DNA of 40,274 nt from Nemertoderma westbladi (lineage: Eukaryota > Animalia > Xenacoelomorpha). The stretch spans positions 1 to 40,274 of the forward strand of contig JAUCBJ010007435.1 of NCBI GenBank assembly GCA_032718475.1. Reading direction: 5' to 3'. Position 1 is the first letter of the stretch, and every line of letters begins with the position of its first letter. This document shows, in pieces, positions 34,980-40,274 of this stretch. The translations under genes were made by a program, and so were the position numbers. Below the pieces are notes generated by a model. That model made no database searches. It was not told the origin of the DNA and saw only the letters and a list, made by a program, of their open reading frames with translations.

Positions 34980-37213
34980 AGTAGGACCACCCATGACCTA
35001 CTATATAATTAGTAGGACCACCCATGACCTACTATATAATTAGTAGGACCACCCATGACCTACTATATAATTAGTAGGACCACCCATGACCTACTATATA
35101 ATTAGTAGGACCACCCATGACCTACTATATAATTAGTAGGACCACCCATGACCTACTATATAATTAGTAGGACCACCCATGACCTACTATATAATTAGTA
35201 GGACCACCCATGACCTGCTATATAATTAGTAGGACCACCCATGACCTACTATATAATTAGTAGGACCACCCATGACCTACTATATAATTAGTAGGACCAC
35301 CCATGACCTGCTATATAATTAGTAGGACCACCCATGACCTACTATATAATTAGTAGGACCACCCGTAGGACCACCCATGACCTGCTATATAATTAGTAGG
35401 ACCACCCATGACCTACTATATAATTAGTAGGACCACCCATGACCTACTATATAATTAGTAGGACCACCCATGACCTACTATATAATTAGTAGGACCACCC
35501 ATGACCTACTATATAATTAGTAGGACCACCCATGACCTACTATATAATTAGTAGGACCACCCATGACCTACTATATAATTAGTAGGACCACCCATGACCT
35601 ACTATATAATTAGTAGGACCACCCATGACCTACTATATAATTAGTAGGACCACCCATGACCTACTATATAATTAGTAGGACCACCCATGACCTACTATAT
35701 AATTAGTAGGACCACCCATGACCTACTATATAATTAGTAGGACCACCCATGACCTACTATATAATTAGTAGGACCACCCATGACCTACTATATAATTAGT
35801 AGGACCACCCATGACCTACTATATAATTAGTAGGACCACCCATGACCTACTATATAATTAGTAGGCCACCCGTAGGACCACCCATGACCTACTATATAAT
35901 TAGTAGGACCACCCATGACCTACTATATAATTAGTAGGACCACCCATGACCTACTATATAATTAGTAGGACCACCCATGACCTACTATATAATTAGTAGG
36001 ACCACCCATGACCTACTATATAATTAGTAGGACCACCCATGACCTACTATATAATTAGTAGGACCACCCATGACCTACTATATAATTAGTAGGACCACCC
36101 ATGACCTACTATATAATTAGTAGGACCACCCATGACCTACTATATAATTAGTAGGACCACCCATGACCTACTATATAATTAGTAGGACCACCCATGACCT
36201 ACTATATAATTAGTAGGACCACCCATGACCTACTATATAATTAGTAGGACCACCCATGACCTACTATATAATTAGTAGGACCACCCATGACCTACTATAT
36301 AATTAGTAGGACCACCCATGACCTACTATATAATTAGTAGGACCACCCATGACCTACTATATAATTAGTAGGACCACCCATGACCTACTATATAATTAGT
36401 AGGACCACCCATGACCTACTATATAATTAGTAGGACCACCCATGACCTACTATATAATTAGTAGGACCACCCATGACCTACTATATAATTAGTAGGACCA
36501 CCCATGACCTACTATATAATTAGTAGGACCACCCATGACCTACTATATAATTAGTAGGACCACCCATGACCTACTATATAATTAGTAGGACCACCCATGA
36601 CCTACTATATAATTAGTAGGACCACCCATGACCTACTATATAATTAGTAGGACCACCCATGACCTACTATATAATTAGTAGGACCACCCATGACCTACTA
36701 TATAATTAGTAGGACCACCCATGACCTACTATATAATTAGTAGGACCACCCATGACCTACTATATAATTAGTAGGACCACCCATGACCTACTATATAATT
36801 AGTAGGACCACCCATGACCTACTATATAATTAGTAGGACCACCCATGACCTGCTATATAATTAGTAGGACCACCCATGACCTACTATATAATTAGTAGGA
36901 CCACCCATGACCTACTATATAATTAGTAGGACCACCCATGACCTACTATATAATTAGTAGGACCACCCATGACCTACTATATAATTAGTAGGACCACCCA
37001 TGACCTACTATATAATTAGTAGGACCACCCATGACCTACTATATAATTAGTAGGACCACCCATGACCTACTATATAATTAGTAGGACCACCCATGACCTA
37101 CTATATAATTAGTAGGACCACCCATGACCTACTATATAATTAGTAGGACCACCCATGACCTACTATATAATTAGTAGGACCACCCATGACCAACTATATA
37201 ATTAGTAGGTCAT
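34980..37213. repeat. 31-bp minisatellite GTAGGACCACCCATGACCTACTATATAATTA, about 72 copies, in the SYT intron
   Basis: Directly visible and very homogeneous. Confidence 0.98.
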
Positions 37214-38034
37214 GGACCACCATAAATTATGTATTCTTATATTTGGTTTTTATGTAGAAAAAATATTAAAAATTAATGTTAAGAGCTTAGAGGTTATTAT
37301 TTGAGCGCATTTCAAACAAAAAATAAGTAAAGCATGTCAACATATAATATGTTGGTGGTATATTATAATATTAATATTGGTCTTGTGAAAAATAAAAGTA
37401 ACGTAACATTGATGAAGCCAAATCCACGTACATTAACAATTGGGAAGGGATTCAATTATATCGCACCTTTTTGTGACATATTTCGTACACAGGGTAGAAA
37501 CATCATAAAGCAGAAACCAACACCACGACATATCTATTCACATAAAAGGTAAAGCAAAACAATGACAGCTAACAGTTAGCAGCAACTAATTTATGTGCTT
37601 GGGGTTCCCGCACCCCACCCCCCACCCACCCTCTTTGAGTTGAGACCAGATAGATGATGAAACGAATCCATCTCAAGGATTTCTTTTCACTACCCTCATA
37701 GTCATTATATTTAAGAGATTATAAACTTAACTTAGTAAGATCGAAACCTCATAAACTTACTATAGATAATTACTTTCATCCATTAATCTAATTATAGCAT
37801 TAATTATTCTCACATAAATCTCTATCAATATTCAAGTAGTTTTTGTTGAGGACTTAGTAACTTCTTGATCATTTGATCATTCACCTTTTACCTTGGAAGA
37901 AGGCCATTGACCAAATCGTTGGTCTCCCGAGTAAATTGACAGCACGCCAAACTCTTGACTATTCTAAACTCTTGCTTTCATGAGCAGCATAAGCAATATG
38001 CATGTTTAAGTGTTATGCTTGAGTTGTAGCGGTT

Positions 38035-38790
38035 GTAGTCATTACGTCCCGCGAGTCATTTGGTCCCGCGGGTTCTAATGACTTTACAATTAGATACCGC
38101 GTGTTTACAAATGCAATCTTAACAAACTGGGGAGCAAAATTTAAAAAAAAATTATATATTTTGTCGCACATTGCGAATTAAACAAATGAAATGAAAATGC
38201 AATTAATATATAATATTAATATATAACTATATGCAAATTAGAAAATTAGTTTGATGCATTATAATTCGGCAAATACATCGCCATTGTTAAAGTATAAAAG
38301 TCTGTATTGGGTTGGCGCATCAGGAAGTGGGCCGCCGTGGAACTTGGGAGAGGCCCTTGAATCATTACGGGAAGAGGATCATTGGAGTTCATAACATTAT
38401 GCGCTATATTATGGGCTTGTGTTGCGACATAATACTCTATGATTGGTTGAGGGATGGGTAAACCCTGACCTATTATTGGGTCACGTTGTTCATTATTTAC
38501 ACAAATTTCAGTATCAATGTCGTCGACTTTATTACGACGTTGTATTTCCTGTGGTTCATTCATTAGTTGCGAGATACAAAAAATTGAGTTACGTTGTTAT
38601 TTCTGCATTACGGATAAGAATATTCCTATGTGGCTGATTAATTGGATTTAGAACTTGCGGGATAGCTATCTTACGATTTATACTCAGAGTACGTCTAGTT
38701 TTACCTTTGGGAGGCAGTGCTACGACAAATTCTTGTGCTAATTCGGGATGAACAACTAAACTCTGATTTGTGCTTTCATGATTTTACAGT
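38035..38790 (-). mobile_element. Possible DNA transposon remnant (MULE-like terminal repeats and a broken ORF tail)
   Basis: Repeated/palindromic agtcattacgtcccgcg-agtcatttggtcccgcgggttctaatgact at 38037-38083, with interrupted coding-like sequence at 38246-38780. Confidence 0.3.
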
Positions 38791-38858
38791 TTATAAGCTG
38801 AAGTATAGTATTAAGTAAATGAAATTAAGCAGCTAATTATGAGAATGTTTGCACTAAC

Positions 38859-38985
38859 CGAAGTATTACTCCTAGGATCCAGGTTTACCCAATGGGGCAG
38901 ATTGTGCGAGTCGAGGTCCCACTTTGACAGCTGTTGCACCAACTCACCAATCAAATGTTTTTTGTTCTCTGTATAAACACGGAAT
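38859..38985 (-). CDS. SYT14: Synaptotagmin-14/16-like exon (R/FRVYTENKKHLIGELVQQLSKWDLDSHNLPHWVNLDPRSNTS)
   Basis: End of C2A (RFRLY…IGE…LEPRS). Boundaries ttgcAG and TCG|gttagt, phase 2 to 0, compatible with both neighbouring exons. Confidence 0.85.
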
Positions 38986-39262
38986 CTGCAATACCAACCA
39001 AAAGAAATGGAGCAAAAAAATTCAACCTAGATGGAACGTGAATAGTTAGTTATTTGTCATCAGAAATAACAAGTGTAACTGTAGATGTGCCTATTTGATT
39101 TATGGCACTAAAATTGAATATAACTTGTGGCAGTTTGCAGAAGCAATGAAACAAGGTTCTGAGATAATTATTTTTGTGAATTTGTTAATATTTCTTCCTC
39201 GTGATGGAACTATAATACAACTAATTTACTCTAACATATACCATTGAATAAATTGAACAAAC

Positions 39263-39411
39263 CTAATCCCGTAGCCATCCAGGTTGTCCTTTTCGACGTG
39301 TTTAAACACAAAACTTTGTTTAATTACGAAATTTTCCTCCGACTTCCCTCGGCGAACCGTAAACTTCCGTTGCTTCTTTTTGCTTTTCTTTGGAAGTAGA
39401 GTGACGCTAAC
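39263..39411 (-). CDS. SYT14: Synaptotagmin-14/16-like exon (VSVTLLPKKSKKKQRKFT…SFVFKHVEKDNLDGYGI/R)
   Basis: Resembles SYT14 VHLVLLPIKKQRAKT…FKFNHVESEMIGNYAVR. Boundaries ctgcAG and AG|gtttgt. I could not identify the upstream exons in the window. Confidence 0.85.
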
Positions 39412-40274
39412 CTGCAGTTATAAAATAGATCTCTGTAATTTCGCTGCACCAATTTACGAAGCTCCGGTCGTAAAAATTACAGATAATTTATGGGAAATTA
39501 TTAATAAAATTTATTAAAAGAAAGTATTTTATATTAACAGAGCACTCCATTCATTGGACAGCTATGTAGGAATAACATGTGTTATTAAAAATCGCTATTC
39601 CATAGGCGTACTGAAAGTTGGTGGGGTAGTGAATAGTGATGTGTTAAGGAGATGGTTCTTCTACGGAAGAAAAACGTCAAAATATAAGCCTAGCAGCATT
39701 TTAGTATCGTTTCAGACATCCGGTATCATAGAATCACCATCAACTATAAACTTTTAACATGACAATATCGAGGCCATACGATATAGCTGATCACCATGGC
39801 CCGGGGAGGATCGCCTGTTTCCGACATAAATGAGATGCAACCTCCCCAACCTCCTTGCTTGAATAAACATGACGGCCATCCAGTTAATAACCTTCACCAG
39901 CATCTCAATCACATTAGACTTGTGAACAACACAGAAATTGGGAATGTTTCTGGGTTTGTCTCGGTCTGTAGAGCGGCCCGATCATGCAATATGCGTCGCT
40001 TTACGTCATGTCACGTTATGTGACATGTCTCTTCAGATGAAGAAATCAGGAGCTGGGGGAAAGTCACTGAATTGTGAAACTAATAATATATTAGCATGAA
40101 GTGATGCGTTAGGCTTATAAACAGTATTATCTAGTAAACAACTGTAACGCAGCCGTTATCTAGGCCTATTGTATAATAAGAATAATAATAAAGTATACAG
40201 AATAATAATAAACAAACTTCAATGAACGAGATGGTATTTTAAAACACAGTCAACAGAGTTGACGCTCATAAATC

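Noticed and set aside
7093-37213. CRISPR-like appearance of the 31-43 bp repeats
   Set aside because: Units are head-to-tail with no unique spacers, there are no cas genes, and the context is eukaryotic.
39554-40023. Short ORFs near the window end as upstream SYT exons or another gene
   Set aside because: No C2-domain-like or otherwise recognisable peptide found in the frames I read.

Overview
AT-rich, intron-containing invertebrate-type eukaryotic genomic DNA. It holds four host genes: the last three exons of a TMEM26-like gene (+), a short-chain acyl-CoA dehydrogenase with an uninterrupted CDS (ACADS, -), a divergent single-exon beta-tubulin (-) and five 3' exons of a synaptotagmin-14/16-like gene (-). 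About 12 kb is minisatellite (18, 19, 20, 31, 32, 42 and 43 bp units). There are many transposon remnants: a Merlin element with TIRs, a PIF/Harbinger-like MITE, CRE, RTE and other LINE fragments, and DINE-1/Helentron-like elements. The most striking pattern is that the tandem arrays are copies of identifiable functional sequence. Three of the four stop codons in the window (TMEM26-like, ACADS, beta-tubulin) lie inside the first unit of an array that runs downstream from the gene end. Two synaptotagmin splice donors are reiterated into their introns. Other arrays grow out of a CRE endonuclease coding region, a foldback arm and a hairpin. All calls were made by eye, without database searches.
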